Shown here in pieces: positions 1 through 13,688 of a DNA stretch of 64,000 bases. This stretch comes from Owenia fusiformis (lineage: Eukaryota), in the NCBI GenBank assembly GCA_903813345.2, contig CAIIXF020000001.1, positions 36,146,001 through 36,210,000 on the forward strand, given 5' to 3'. A model generated the notes under the pieces. The model worked only from the letters and a program-made list of their open reading frames with translations. It was not told the DNA's origin and made no database searches. The number at the start of each line of letters is the position of its first letter. Position 1 is the stretch's first letter. The position numbers and the translations under genes are program-made.

Positions 1-759
1 GAAAAGGCTATACGCCTCGTTTAGCATACACCTACTGATGTACAGTATATTGTATATACCTTCAATTAGAATATAGAGTATCAACCAATATTGTGTATCT
101 ATATTATTATAAAGTATATACAGTTCTGTTAGTAATTGCAAACGGAATTATTTGGAATGACAAAGTATAAATTTTCACCTTATTAACTTCTCTGGTGTTC
201 CATTATCAAGTTTATCGTCTTAAATAACTCCATCACCATCAAGCTTTGCGTCATAATATCATCTGACTGTAAAGGTCCTCATTTGAATGCATTCATTGTG
301 TAGCCATTTGTAAAAATATATGTGATTGATGTAGACCAACTGATACATTCAGTCTTAGTGTAATCATGAGGGGGTCAAATATAGGGAATGTTGAAACTAC
401 AGTACATAATGTTTGGAAATCAAATATGGTAGGAGGATTCCTTTAATTTTCCAATGGAAATTACACAGTTTACTGTCAAACATTATTTGCTGACTTCTTG
501 AAAATCAACAATTTGTGTGAGTGTAAAAGTGGGAAGTCAGGATGCTGCGAATTAAAAATAGTATTCCTAGCCTGAGTTGAGAAACTTAAACTTTCATGAT
601 TATGTAAAAGAAACAAATATACAAATCTGAGAAAATTGCTCCCTAGAATTCAATGTGTTTTACAGTACAGTGCAGTTGACCCAGTATGGTAATTGCAAAA
701 TTGCAGTAGGAAAGGGAGGAAATTGCATTCTGGCAAAGCACCTGTACAAAATGAAAATA

Positions 760-1737
760 CAGGGTGTCCACAAAAAAAGTAAACCGAACTTCAAAACCAA
801 ATTACTAGAATCCTGAGCATTTTTATTTTAAATACAAAGGTAGCAGTTCAAAGCCTAATTTGTCCTTCATCAAATGGTGCCTAGATCATTATGTAACTGT
901 CATGTATGAATGAGCAATCATGACCATTATGAGAGGTGGTAAAATGAGCGCTGTGCCAAGTTATCTTCCTGTGTCAGTGCGTAATTGGCTTAGTATTCTT
1001 TTTCTGTTACATTATGCTCAAGGACAGGCCTTCCATAATGAACTGGACTGAGGACTGAGTGACTCTCTTATGTAAAAAAGTTTGGCATAAAGCTTAACTT
1101 ACTCTAAAATAGGCCTGCAAAAATGGTTTAACTGACACCTGAGCAGAAGAGCCAACAAAAAATTCTTAAAAGCAATTCAATGTCCTGTTTAAAAATCCCC
1201 ATTCTTACTATTGAGAATGGATTCTACCAATACTCTACCACATGAGTCAACTTGTTGAGACTGGATCAACTTGAGTTCTTCTGAGAAAATGAGGATTTCA
1301 GCAAGGGATATTGACTTTACATGGGGAATACAATTGACTCCAATGCTGTATATCATCATGTAGAAGTTTCAATGCTGATTAAGAGGCTCTTGGATCCAAT
1401 TTCCCGAGAGGGAGGTAAGTTATGGAAAAGTATGCAAAAAGTGTGAAGAACATACATGTATAACAAGTTTGAATTCAAACATTAATAATGTTTTGAACAC
1501 AAAAAACATTTACAGTGTCAGACCTACTTGAATACTAACCTGGCACAGTGCTGATTTTACCACCTTTCATAAAAATCATGATTACTCAGTCATCCATGGC
1601 ATTTACATAATGATCTAGGTACCATTTGATGGAGCACAAACTAAACCATTTTACTGCTATCTTTGTATTTTCAAAAATTGCTTAGAATTCTAGTATCATG
1701 GCTTTGAAGTTCGGTATACTTTTTTGTGGATGCCCTG
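760..1737. mobile_element. Non-autonomous Tc1/mariner-type element (MITE) with ~200-bp imperfect TIRs
   Basis: Starts CAGGGTGTCCACAAAAAAAGTAAACCGAACTTCAAA and ends TTTGAAGTTCGGTATACTTTTTTGTGGATGCCCTG. Inverted similarity extends ~760-963 vs ~1536-1737. TA on both flanks (758-759, 1738-1739). Confidence 0.85.
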
Positions 1738-1781
1738 TAGATAGAAAACAATAGAAAAATTGACAATTGATGTGAGTGGGA

Positions 1782-1808
1782 ATAGATAGATAGATAGATA
1801 AATAGATG
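1782..1808. repeat. (ATAG)n microsatellite
   Basis: Run of ATAG units seen directly. Confidence 0.75.
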
Positions 1809-4354
1809 CAAAAGATCCACTTATTTGGCATGTTTCACCCTATGTGCAGTTCATAATCCATGCTTGTGATTGCTAGTATTAGGTGCTCATCCTCTTACAT
1901 ATTAGATGTAATCATACTGAAGGGTGAACTGAAGGAAAAGAATCAAATCATTGATTTTTGGGGGAATCGATCTGCTGGTTTAACTTGCATGTTTTTTAAA
2001 CATTTGGCAGTGATGCGCATTCATACATAGAGGTATAGAAATTGTTCAGTGTCTAAATGCTGGATCAGTCTTAACAAAAGTAACCTCTATCTTCTATTTC
2101 CATATGATTAGGAAAAATATTGTTTACTTTTGTAAGATCTTGACGCCTTTAAGCATCTAACATTCATTTCACAATAAAACTCCTTATATGGCCACAAAAG
2201 TTCCATTTGAGATTGTGAAGAACTCATCAGTATTAACATTCCAAAACTAACTTTTAAAGTCAGAGTGTAGTGTAGCTAGCTGATAGAGACTGGGGGTAAA
2301 TATTGTTAGACTCATGAGAATCTACCATCTTTATGAGTTTATAAACTCACCCAGTTATTTCTTTTCTAGATCAGCTTATTTGTTTTCATTAGGCCGTGAT
2401 CTTATATTAATACTCTTTAATAAGATTGCAAGATTATTGCTATATATTTCTAATTGTGTTTGCAATCAAGTGATTTGTTGCAGAATTGACAAGCATGAAA
2501 ATTATTTGTATGGCCAGTTACTAATAGTCTCTGTATTGATTGTTCAACTGACAGAGAGATGAGATATTCGACATAGAACACAGAAGGCACAGAGAACATT
2601 ATTAAATTAAAGTCATACTCCTGCTTGCCTTTATCACTCTAAGATAGCTTATTGAATTATTTTTGCAATAGTGTCTAGTTGAATAAGAAATATTCTGAAT
2701 ATTTTCTGAAATGTCGGTCAATATAACCCCTTTTGAAAAATGTCTTGACAAATTAGTTTTCTAATACCTCTGGTCTTATTAACCTGTCACACACTAATTC
2801 ATCTGTGATGTCATTTTTCCCAATCTTTAGGTCTTGTTATATTCATTTATAATTAAGGTTATTTAACCTGGCACCCTAACAAAAGTTGCGCAAGAAGCTG
2901 AGCTAGCATCACAATGAGGCTCTTCAAGGGTAAATGTTTCATACTTAATGCTTCGTGTTATGAATTTATCTATACCCCAAATCCGCACTCTGGAACCACT
3001 GTACTGTGTGGTACATTAAGGGTATGGTATCATTTGAGTATGGCGCTATACAGTGTTCATGGTACCACACCATACCAATTTAGTCTGGGGCACCATATTT
3101 TATGGTACTGTGCAGTACCATAGCCAAAACAGTATTGTATGGTACTGTTTCAGATTGACTGTGTAGCTATTAGACCATGGGCCAGTCCAGGTTAACAATA
3201 TAACAGTGTTTTAAATAATAAAAATGGTGTTTGCACTTTACGTTAGGAAACAGCCATTTACACTACCTACCTTTAAACAAAAATCAATTGATCATAGAGT
3301 TCAATAGAAACCCGAGAAAAGCACTCTTGTGCCTTAAAAGAAATAGTCTTGTCAAATGTTTTTTTATTATTTATTTTTTTGTATATCTTGGTCCAGTTCC
3401 GCAATAATATAGAATTTTATTTATTATTGTGTCTAATTTATTTAGTATATTTGAGCAGCTCTGTAACACCGTAATAGGCAATTAATGATGGATAAAGGGC
3501 AAAATTGTCAATTTATGGCACTGTTCAAATATGTTTAATTTATTATGAAGACAATGTAGATGCTAATGTTTTCACTGCTACTTTATTCTGGATCACATTT
3601 CCTTGGATAACAAACTAATATATTTCCAATTATTGGAAAGAACATTATGACATTTTCTGCTTACTTGAGAGAAGTCAGGGACTAAGATCCTCAAGGTATA
3701 ACCAAATTGAAGGAATTTGTCACTTTTTCAGTTTATTGTGAAAAATGTTCATGATAATTATGAGCTAATTAAGGTAATATCATTTATGATCACTACAGAT
3801 ATGATGTATTGAAGTCATAATTTTTAACCTGAGCTATAAAAATGATTATGCAATATAATTTCCAAAATCAAACTACATGTATTACTTGGTAAATGAAAAC
3901 ACACACATCATCCAAACCTTACAAATACGTGTTTAAATGGTAATATGTCTTGATGATCAAGTATATTGATTTCTGATTCTCAAGATAGCATAGCTGTTTC
4001 TACCATTGTATGAATAAATACTCATGGCTCTCTCCTTTTGGATATATACATAAAACAGTGAAGAATAGCTTTAGTTAGAATGAAAGAGACAAACATACAT
4101 TTGTAACGTCTTCTATGAGACACATTTTGTAGAAATGCTAAAAAAGCAGACAATGATACAGAGGAATTTACTGGGATAAACATGACCATTTAGCTTCATT
4201 GTCTTGCATTTTCAGATTGGCTCGAATTCCCAGAAAAATGTACTGTGAATCTTAACATCATGGTTAATATCTCGTTTCTTATCAGTAAAACAGAAAGATG
4301 TTTCATAATGGAAACTTAAAGATTCTTGCAAGATACTCGGTCTTGAAATTTCTG

Positions 4355-4490
4355 ACATGTATGACATCATTTATCACATGCACGACATCATTTATCATAT
4401 ATCTGACATCATTCCTCATATGTATGACATCATTTATCAAACATATGACACCATTTCTCACACATAGTATATGACATCATTACTCACACA
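4355..4490. repeat. Degenerate ~21-bp tandem repeat (TGACATCATTTATCACAT...)
   Basis: About 6 diverged copies of a GACATCATT(T/C)(A/C)TCA(C/T)A core. Confidence 0.65.
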
Positions 4491-4817
4491 GTGATATAAT
4501 ACAGTGAGAGTTGAAATATACTCATGTCATCAATCATCAAAGTGCATTTTGCATAAAGTTTACTATGTATTCTCATCTGAGTTGGGAAAATTCCCAAAAA
4601 TGGCCTATGGAAAAACATGTTAAAAACCTAGACAAGCCTGGATGATAAAACCATATTGTATTGAGCTTATATTTCTGATACTTGTGCAATACAGTTAAAC
4701 CTATTACTTTAAGACAATTTAAACCAACTTTAAAAGTATAACATATCCAAAGAAGAAATTATTCACAGCTCTGATGGAATTATCTGTGCTTTAGTATATG
4801 AAGATGAGATTAAAGTG

Positions 4818-4998
4818 ATATCTTCAGATACATTATGGGAGATATAGATATTATCCTATATGAGGTTCAGGATATCTGGATTATCTCAAGGCCAATATGA
4901 TATAACTGCCTGATATCATTTATCACATGTAGGCCGTTATATTGGCCAAATCTCATATAGGATAATCTCTATATCTCCCATAATGTATCTGAAGATAT
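4818..4998. mobile_element. Long palindrome, probable end of a palindrome-capped non-autonomous element
   Basis: 47-bp arms 4818-4864 and 4952-4998 are reverse complements with one mismatch; inner GGCCAATAT/ATATTGGCC pair. Confidence 0.6.
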
Positions 4999-5557
4999 TC
5001 TATTATTTTAGGATGTTTATGTCCAGTTTTGTTTTCTTGGCTGTGGCCAGATTTTCCTGTTCTTTCAGATATTCATACACATTTATTTTCTCCAATCTTT
5101 GATTATTAACTTGATAGGTATGCTCTTTCCCTTCTTTTAACCATCAAACAGATCGTGATTGTCTGCGTTTTTCTCCATTTTCATTTACAGTTATTATGCG
5201 AACGTTACAAAACATGAACCAATATGCGAATGGCAATTATGACATAGCGGGCAGATATACTATAACTGCCCATTTCGGAGCGGGAAGTAAAGCTATATCT
5301 GCCTGCTGATGAAAATATAAGTTTTTACAAACCGGCTTTATGTACCTGTTACACGTCTAAGTATGGGATAAAACCACATATTAACCTTCTTATTCTTGGC
5401 CAATTATTTACCATATACTGTCTATGAATAATCACTTCACTATCAATTATATTTGATATTTGTGGCACACGCTTAATATTCCTTATTGATTTGTTTCATG
5501 ACATTTGAGTCACTTTTGTTTGGGATTAATAATTCAACTTATTTGGTACTTGATAAA

Positions 5558-6021
5558 TGTAATACAAAGCAATACTCAAGGTTATGACTTATATGACTGT
5601 CTAAGATACTTGTAGTATTGTAATGCAAAGCAATACTCAAGGTTATGACTTATATGGCACTCTAAGGTACTTGAAGTATTGTAATGCAAAGCAATACTCA
5701 TGGTTATGACTTATATGGCACTCTAAGGTACTTGAAGTATTGTAATGCAAAGCAATACTCATGGTTATGACTTATATGGCACTCTAAGGTACTTGAAGTA
5801 TTGTAATGCAAAGCAATACTCATGGTTATGACTTATATGGCACTCTAAGGTACTTGTAGTATTGTAATGCAAAGCAATACTCATGGTTATGACTTATATG
5901 GCACTCTAAGGTACTTGTAGTATTGTAATGCAAAGCAATTCTCATGGTTATGACTTATATGGCACTCTAAGGTACTTGTAGTATTGTAATGCAAAACAAT
6001 ACTCAAGGTTATGACTTATAT
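5558..6021. repeat. 61-bp minisatellite, ~7.5 copies
   Basis: GTAATGCAAAGCAATACTCA recurs at 5620, 5681, 5742, 5803 etc. (period 61). Confidence 0.95.
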
Positions 6022-8183
6022 CAAGGATTCATTTCAATTTTCACATAATTTGAATCAAAATACTTTACATCTTTAGAATTCAAGGAACAGCAGTCACATC
6101 TTCGATCAACTATTGGTTTGTAAAGTTAATCCATTTACCACTGAATCAGAGCCTAACTAAATGATGAAAGAATGACAAACAGGAACCTAGTAGTTCTCTT
6201 TCATTGTCTTATTAACCCAGAGTACAAGATTGGGATCTCAACTAACCTTTAGATATTTGAAAATTTTACCATTGAGGGGCCCTGTCCCATTATTATTGTA
6301 ATATGTTGAAAATGAGACATAACATTAGGGTACATCATGAGGTCTAATTTTAGGCCTGTCAAAACTGAAATGCAGATTACTTTCTTATATATGCTGATAT
6401 AAAGCAGACCATGCAGAACAAGCATTGTCATTCCTTGGAAGACAAGTAATAGGCAGAAATCAAATCAATTTTTAATATTTACCCAAAAAGCCATTAACTG
6501 ATTTTTGAGTTATTTCTAACAGCGAATTAAATCCTGATCTAAGGGCAGTTGTAGAATAGTCAGTCTGCCCCAGTGGGACGTAAACCTTTGATTTCTGGTG
6601 TAGGCTCATATTTGATTTATGTTGCTTCACATCAGTGTTATACATCATCCATTGACAGTAAATGCAGCAATATGTTGGCATTGGATATGGTTAGGTCATT
6701 TTAAGTAGCTCACTGCCAATTCATATCAATTAGTCTTAAAATATAGGTCTCATTTTCCCACTTTCAAACCAGTAAACTCAAATTGGAAAGTTGTTGAAGA
6801 TCTAATTGATGAATCTCCATTGACTTATTCAATCAATACATTTTGTATATGGCACAAGTATTAACCAAAAGATCACAAGAAGAGCTATGCTATGTTTTTA
6901 ACTTCTATGTAGATACATATTTTGATAGCAAGACCAGATCTGTTATAATAAATATTTGATTAGAAATTAGATTGATTTACATTTGCATTTACACCAACCA
7001 ATGACTGGTGTGAGGTACAAAAAGTGCCTTATACCTTATGTTTGGCAAAATGTCATCAGTCATTATCAGGAGTAAATTTATAGCTGGCAAACCTAACCTT
7101 GTTAATGTCAAGCTATTTCTAATTCAAGTAATTTTTGAATAGAATTCAAAAACAGTTGATAACCATTGATAACATTTTGTGTGTTGCATGTCATGGGATT
7201 GATATAAGAGATGATAGTGAGACATGTTCAAGCACCATTTGATGGTTTGAAATTCTCAGCCATCACATCAGCTCTGTCAGTTAGTTCATTTAGTGTAATT
7301 CATTTTTCACTATTCTGTGTCACTGTGTGCTCTGATAGGGGGCTGATGGGGCTTTAATGATGAACTTGATGAATATGAAAACTGTTATTTTGCAATCTCC
7401 AGTGACATTACGACTGACATTTCAATTTGAGCTAAATCTATTACAAAACCCATAGTCCTGCCTACTATAATTGTAGGTTCCTATGTGTCTTTCTAAATAG
7501 GATGAGAGAACATCCATTATACATGAAATGTATCCAATTTGGTATTCCCAAAGTCCCCTGTGTACATTTGTAATAATCTAGAGGTGACATGCATATAGAG
7601 GGCTTTTCAAGAAGTACTGATAATGAAAAGGCTGCAACTTTTTTGTTGGGTTTACATTTCTGACCATCCTTGGAGCAAGGGTATATAGTATATAGTTTAT
7701 GAATTTACGCATAAATGAATCCTTTGAAGAAGGATGATTTTCGACTCATACAGAAAAGTCTCTCTCTTCATGTTTGTAGGAATAAGAAATTTCCCATTTT
7801 GAATCCGTCCATCTCACCATGAAATGATTTACATTTATGTCGATCATTAATTTCAAATGTAGCAACCTCTGCTATGTTAACCTTTATGGTTTGTTGAGTT
7901 TGCGCTGAGCAGTATAAAAGCGAACTATATCCTTTCGGGGTCCTCTGACTACATTCTCAAATGATTTATAGGCTTCACCAAAGCATTGAGCGTTTCTATT
8001 GTTGATCTCTTGCATAGGGTTGTATGTTTATGCTCATAGAGATGAGAAATCTCCTATCCATCCAGGGGGAGAGACTAATATGTTCTTTAGAGTGAAAGAA
8101 TTTCTTTGCTCCTCTCAAGGGTAAAGTGTTTCTTATTGTTGTAAACTGGATCGTTGCTTCACTTATTTATTCTTACTCCAGTG

Positions 8184-8488
8184 CAAGGAGGATTGGCTCC
8201 CAGAGTGCACCACCGATATTCTGTCCCATATATGGGTATGTCGTAATACAAAATTCGAATTCAAACAGCCGCCATTTTGTTCACTTCAACATTTAAATCG
8301 TGAATTTTGGTCTTATTTCCAAACGAAAAATTCCAAAACTCACAAGAAATGATCGAGATATTGGTTCGAATCTTTTGAACTGTTTATTTTGAATTTATAG
8401 TCGGTTTTAATTTCAGAAAATAACGACATTTCGACGTTTTCATTGTTGGAAAATATCGAGTTTCGATCCTGGGAGCCAATCCTCCTTG
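8184..8488. mobile_element. Young 305-bp MITE with 8-bp TSD (P- or hAT-type)
   Basis: Perfect 20-bp TIR CAAGGAGGATTGGCTCCCAG / CTGGGAGCCAATCCTCCTTG; identical direct repeat CTCCAGTG at 8176-8183 and 8489-8496; CpG-rich interior. Confidence 0.92.
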
Positions 8489-10321
8489 CTCCAGTGGGAC
8501 CTTCTATTTCAAAAGGGCCAACCTGAATGTTAAACTATGTAGATTGGATGATGTAGTCATACATCCCAGCTTCCCTAAATAGTGCATTTGCCTTTGTAAT
8601 GTAAGGATGTCAATGCCTCAACATTTTGTACTTTTAGTGGCTGTCTGTGCCAAACAACACTGAACTAATGCTGATTAGTTTTGAAAGATTTTGTTGTAGA
8701 ACTACATTTTGATCATGTACTTATATCCTCAATGGATCATTTCTACCTTGAAATTGCTTTCTATTTCATTGAGTTCTTATTTCTGCAGGAAATGCTTCAC
8801 TTTTGGATGTCATTGATAACATGTATTTTTAATATAGGGGTGGTTGTAGTCTTAATTCTTCATTATTATGTATTGCCTTGTTTATCTCTACAATCTCCTC
8901 CCTTGTGACATAATCTTTGATTGGTTAATGCCTTGTTCATGTCTTGTTCTAACTTGATTTGGACAACTTAATTGTAGCTCTATATTCATTTTAGTACAAT
9001 CAAAAATATGTTTTAAAAAATGAAATGGAAATATCAACAGAATTCAGAAACACATATGTACACTATATAGTATGCATCTTAATACCAAACCTGATAACCC
9101 GAGAGCACAGCTTCAATTAATACACAGACACCAAGAAATGACTCAGAATGAGCTGAAGCTACGTGCTACGTTCAGTAACTGATTGGCCATGTTTTCCTGA
9201 GGCTGTGTAAGACATTGCCTTACCTGACTGATTGATATACTGAATGTTGCAACAGTTGCTATTGCCTCAATAATGTACATTATACTATACTGTAGTTGTG
9301 TTTTATGAGATTGATGAGACCTTACATCTGGATATCACTTCTGATTGAACTGTTTACATTCATTCAGATTATCTTCATCTCCCAGAACAGATAAAGCAAT
9401 TTCTCTAGCGTATCACAATAGTGCATCTGTCTTGGCTGATTTCAAACAGAACTAGCTTTGATTATTGTCTATTTTGATGAATGGAATCAATGTAATCAGA
9501 CTTTGCTACAAACGAGGTGTCAGAAATTTCATTTCATTGAAACAGAAAACAGTTGTAGTGCAAGTGGTCGTCTCAGATTCGGTTGTCAAAACTTGATGGG
9601 TCGGTAATATTTCTTGACACCTGCCAGGGGAGATTGCTTTAACTAAGTTGTTAGGTAGATTAACATGGATTTCACTGTTCAGCAAAGATCAAGTAGAATT
9701 ATGGTTTTTGATGAAAATCTTTGTGGAATTATTGTAAGCTGAAGCATATTGATTAGTTGTTATTCTTGAGGCCATCACTGATATTTGCATTAATATATAT
9801 ATGAGTATGTTGTTATTGGGCTTCTTGCTCTGCATATTTTTTCACAAATGTAAATTATTTGTATAATTAGGGTGAATATATGTCATTAATTTTTAGTTAT
9901 TCCCGGATGAAATATTCATGTAATCAATCTCATATTCCCTATTTATTGAAGGTACTGTAAAGTCTGCACTTTGTAAACCTTATCAATATCTGAGACATTT
10001 AGATAACTCCAAATAGCCCAATAATAATATTGATAATATCACCTCAGAATCAGTGTTAGAATAATGGTCTTAACTACTTCATTGAGAACAATAGTTCTTG
10101 AATTGATTTTGCTACCTGCCCCATTGATTCAGGCATACCAGACCCCATTCTAGGCATTGAGGCAAAATATTAAGTAAACACCACTGAGCAACTAGTCATG
10201 TTCTCCACAGATCAATTATCCATTTTGAATTATTCAGTACCTTGACACCAAATCTATTTTCATTTAATCACATTTATAGCATATAATTCACAGGAGTTCT
10301 GTAATGTTTTTGTTCATTTAA

Positions 10322-10585
10322 AGCTGTTAGGTCTCTCTTTATAGCATGATGTCATGTTATTAGGTACATCCATAGTTGTTAGGTCTCACTCATTGGCATG
10401 GTGTCATGTTATAAGGTACATTCATACATGTAGTTGTTAGGTATCACTCCTTGGCATGGTGTCATGTTATAAGGTACATTCATAGTTGTTAAGTTTCCCT
10501 ATGTGGCATGATGTCATGTTAAAAGGTACATACGTAACTGGTAGGTCTCAGTATATGCTATGATGTCATGTTATGCGGTACATTC
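10322..10585. repeat. ~52-bp minisatellite, ~5 diverged copies
   Basis: GTTAGGTCTC...GCATG(A/G)TGTCATGTTA(T/A)AGGTACAT recurring with period ~52. Confidence 0.85.
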
Positions 10586-11854
10586 ATTATTGTGTACTTA
10601 TTGTGTCTTTTTATTAGTAGTTTCGCTTAATTTTATTTTGTTTTCCTAGTAATGGATTAAAACTTGTATTTATCTAACTTAAGGGACTTGTCAGTTCCTC
10701 TTAAAGCTTATTTATGAGTTATCTAGCAAACAGATGGACGCTAACTCTCTCTCTTTTAATGAGACTTTCCTTTAGACCATTCTAAATAACTTTAATCCTG
10801 TGTTTTTGTGTTTTGGTGATAATAGGGAGAAAGATGACATAAAACACCAGATCAGTCACTAACTACATCTAAATAAGGTTCCTTTGGGGAAAATTTGTTA
10901 CAATAAAGAGTCTTCATATAATTTAATAGTTAATATTCCTTTCATCTGAGGTTGTTTAAATCTCAGATATGCAAGATAACTAATTAATAATAACTTATGC
11001 CAAATAACTACATTTTATTTTTCTTTGATATTGCATGACTTCGGGTGATGTAGTAAGTAGGGTATATGATACATATTCAGAAATTCATTCTTGATCCTCA
11101 CAAGCCTGAGGGCAATAATGTCTTGGAACACTTGTATCCATTTGATACAGGAAATTCTTGTATCCGTTCTGGTTAGGCTAACTTCAAGCATCTTCTTCAG
11201 TGTATTGATTGAAAACAGTAACATGTAAAGGAAGCTTGATGTTAGAACCTTAGGAGGTGGTTTTACACATTTTAAAGATCTCCCAGGGAGGATTGATATT
11301 TTACTTTGTGGCTGAAAGTGTGACTTCAAAATATTTTCTATAATGATATTATATGTTTCAAATCAACTAAAATGCATTATTTTCAACACAGTTAGAACTG
11401 ACTGAAGGTCTTGAAGGCTAGAAGGCATTTTTAGGGAGGAAAATGAGTCTTGTGCCAGTGTTCTAATTCTGGTATAAGCATTTTAGTCTTATGAGTCTAA
11501 CGTATCACCTATACCAAAGATAAATGTTCAAGATGATTGGCTTTAATTATTTTACTATTAATAAATCTTTCACGGAAATTATGATAGGATTTATAGATTA
11601 TTTATGATTAATTTCTTTTGATTATGATAAAAACAAAAATATTAATTATTTCACTTTCACTGACCTTAGGTTCCTTCTATTATTGAAGTCACATGCTTAT
11701 ACATTTTCATCATATCACTGAATAAACAAGTACAGTTAGACTTTTACAGTACATGAAGTCATTTGTAAATAAAGGATAATCGTGTGATACATAAAACGAA
11801 CAACATTCTGACAATATTTCAAATTCCCCAATAATTTTTTGTTGGTTATATGTA

Positions 11855-13499
11855 CACTGTTGCTCATAAATATGGAATATTTTATAGATTCGAACTGTTC
11901 GATGGAATTTCTACAAAATTATAACATTTTGATGAAAATTTGTAATGTGTTCTCATTCCCTCATCAGTTTTGCATATAAAACTGATTGGTATGAAAAGTT
12001 AAAACATTTATGGTTGATTAAACTTGTATTAACTCAGGTGACCCCATGACATCATGATATTGGTAACTTGAAAGAGGTGTCCAAATCTTAGTTGTAATCA
12101 TTGTGCACATTTTATAAACATTTAATTTAGAGTTTTAAGGGTTTTTAGAAGGCATGCCCCATAGAATGAGAGAAAAAGAGCATGGGAGGTCATAGGGATG
12201 GCGCTCTCTGGCATGAAACAAACTGCCATTGCCAGGACCCTAGGGGTGTTTCAGGAACAGTCTCTAAAATTTTGCAGTGGTACCAAAGGCACTGGAATAT
12301 GACTCCAGGTCACAGTAATAGTAGCCCTAGAGAGACAAATGTAAGAAAAGACCACCAACAGCTGCATTTATGTCATCAAAATTGCTTTAAGTCAACCAGT
12401 AGTCTACGAGATGTATGGCTGTCTCACCTCAAAACCCGTGTTCCAGAGCTATAGACAACCAGTGATTTCTTTATAACGGATGCAAGGCCACGAGACCTTT
12501 AAAGAGACAACAGCTGACTGATCATAACAAAGAAAGGTGCCTTCAATGGGCTGGAAAGCACCAAAACGTTGGACCTAATCTTTGGTGTCATATCACAGCA
12601 TGTGAAGAAATAAGATTTGTCCTCCACAAAGTTGATAATTGTGTTAGTTTCTGTCGTAGACCAGGGGAAAGAGACAATAAGGACACTTACTGATGTGGCA
12701 GTCCATGAAGGCAACCCTATTTATGTTTGGAGCAGTATAACAGAGGTTTTTTGGAGCAGCACTGCCGAAATTGCACCCCCTTGGTGATTCCCAAACATAA
12801 TTTCAGAGTAAATTGCTCTTTTGGACCTCCATTTAGTACCACATGTAAACAGAGTGTTTTGGGGCAACATTCAACTGCAGAATGATCATGCTGTTGCATA
12901 TGCTAGTGGCATCGTGTTGGATTACATCAGGGCAGGCAATGTGGCCCAGCTACCATGGGCACAAAAGTCAGCCAATCAGGCTAATGCAGAGCAAATGTGG
13001 GACGATCTTGGTAATGAGATTCGTGACTTGGACCCCCACCTCAAAATTTAGACACGTTACGCACTGCCCAGATTGAGGAATGGGGCCTTATTTCACTTTG
13101 AAAGGTCAATGTTTCATCCAATGCTGGTCCCGTAGGGTTGATGCTCTGATTGCAGCACAAAGAGGACATAACACATATTAGTACGATAATTGGATAGAGG
13201 ACACTTCAATCTTCATGACCAGATGATTATTTTGTTTATTCTGTTTTACAGGACAATTTGGATCGGGGTATTTTGAAAATGCCAAAATTCTTTGCGTACC
13301 CCTGTTTAAGTAACAGTAATTTTCTAAACTTAAATGTTAGTATTTTTCTCTAAAAAAATGTTGATTTGTAGCTGAAATATGTGGTTATGATTTGCCTAGA
13401 AAATAAATGTCTGAGCCAACTCCAAATAAATGTTCTCTTACTCCAAACTTTTAATTCTGAGCTGCCAAATTTAATATTCCATATTTATGAGCAACAGTG
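11855..13499 (+). mobile_element. Full-length (1645 bp) decayed Tc1-family transposon with pseudogenised transposase
   Basis: 27-bp perfect TIR CACTGTTGCTCATAAATATGGAATATT with TA flanks. Fragmented frames give Tc1-like HTH text (AIARTLGV / GTVSKIL...SPRETNVRKD) and decayed catalytic motifs LQNDHAVAY (cf. QDNARPH) and LPWAQKSANQANAEQMWDDL (cf. WPAxSPDLNPIEHLW). Confidence 0.9.
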
Positions 13500-13580
13500 T
13501 ATATGATGAAAACATGAGCCTTGAACTGACATTGAATGATTTGTGTTTGCAGGATTACAGAATAGCCAAACACCAACACA

Positions 13581-13688
13581 ATGGGAGGTGGAGGAAGTAA
13601 GAGTCTTCCCAAGGAGGACTTGGAATTTCTTATGAGCAACACAAACTTCACAAAACGCCAGATTAAACAATGGTTTAAAGGATTCATG
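13581..13688 (+). CDS. NCS-2-like neuronal calcium sensor, coding exon 1 ([36 protein letters not shown])
   Basis: ATG at 13581 after acceptor TTTGCAG (AG 13551-13552); myristoylation pattern MGxxxSK; NCS N-terminal motif; phase-0 donor GTAAGT at 13689. Missed by the ORF track. Confidence 0.93.

Noticed and set aside
2867..3191. piggyBac-like element (TTAA-CCTGG...CCAGG-TTAA) with internal GGTAC/GTACC motifs
   Set aside because: Only 5 bp of inverted match; too weak to call.
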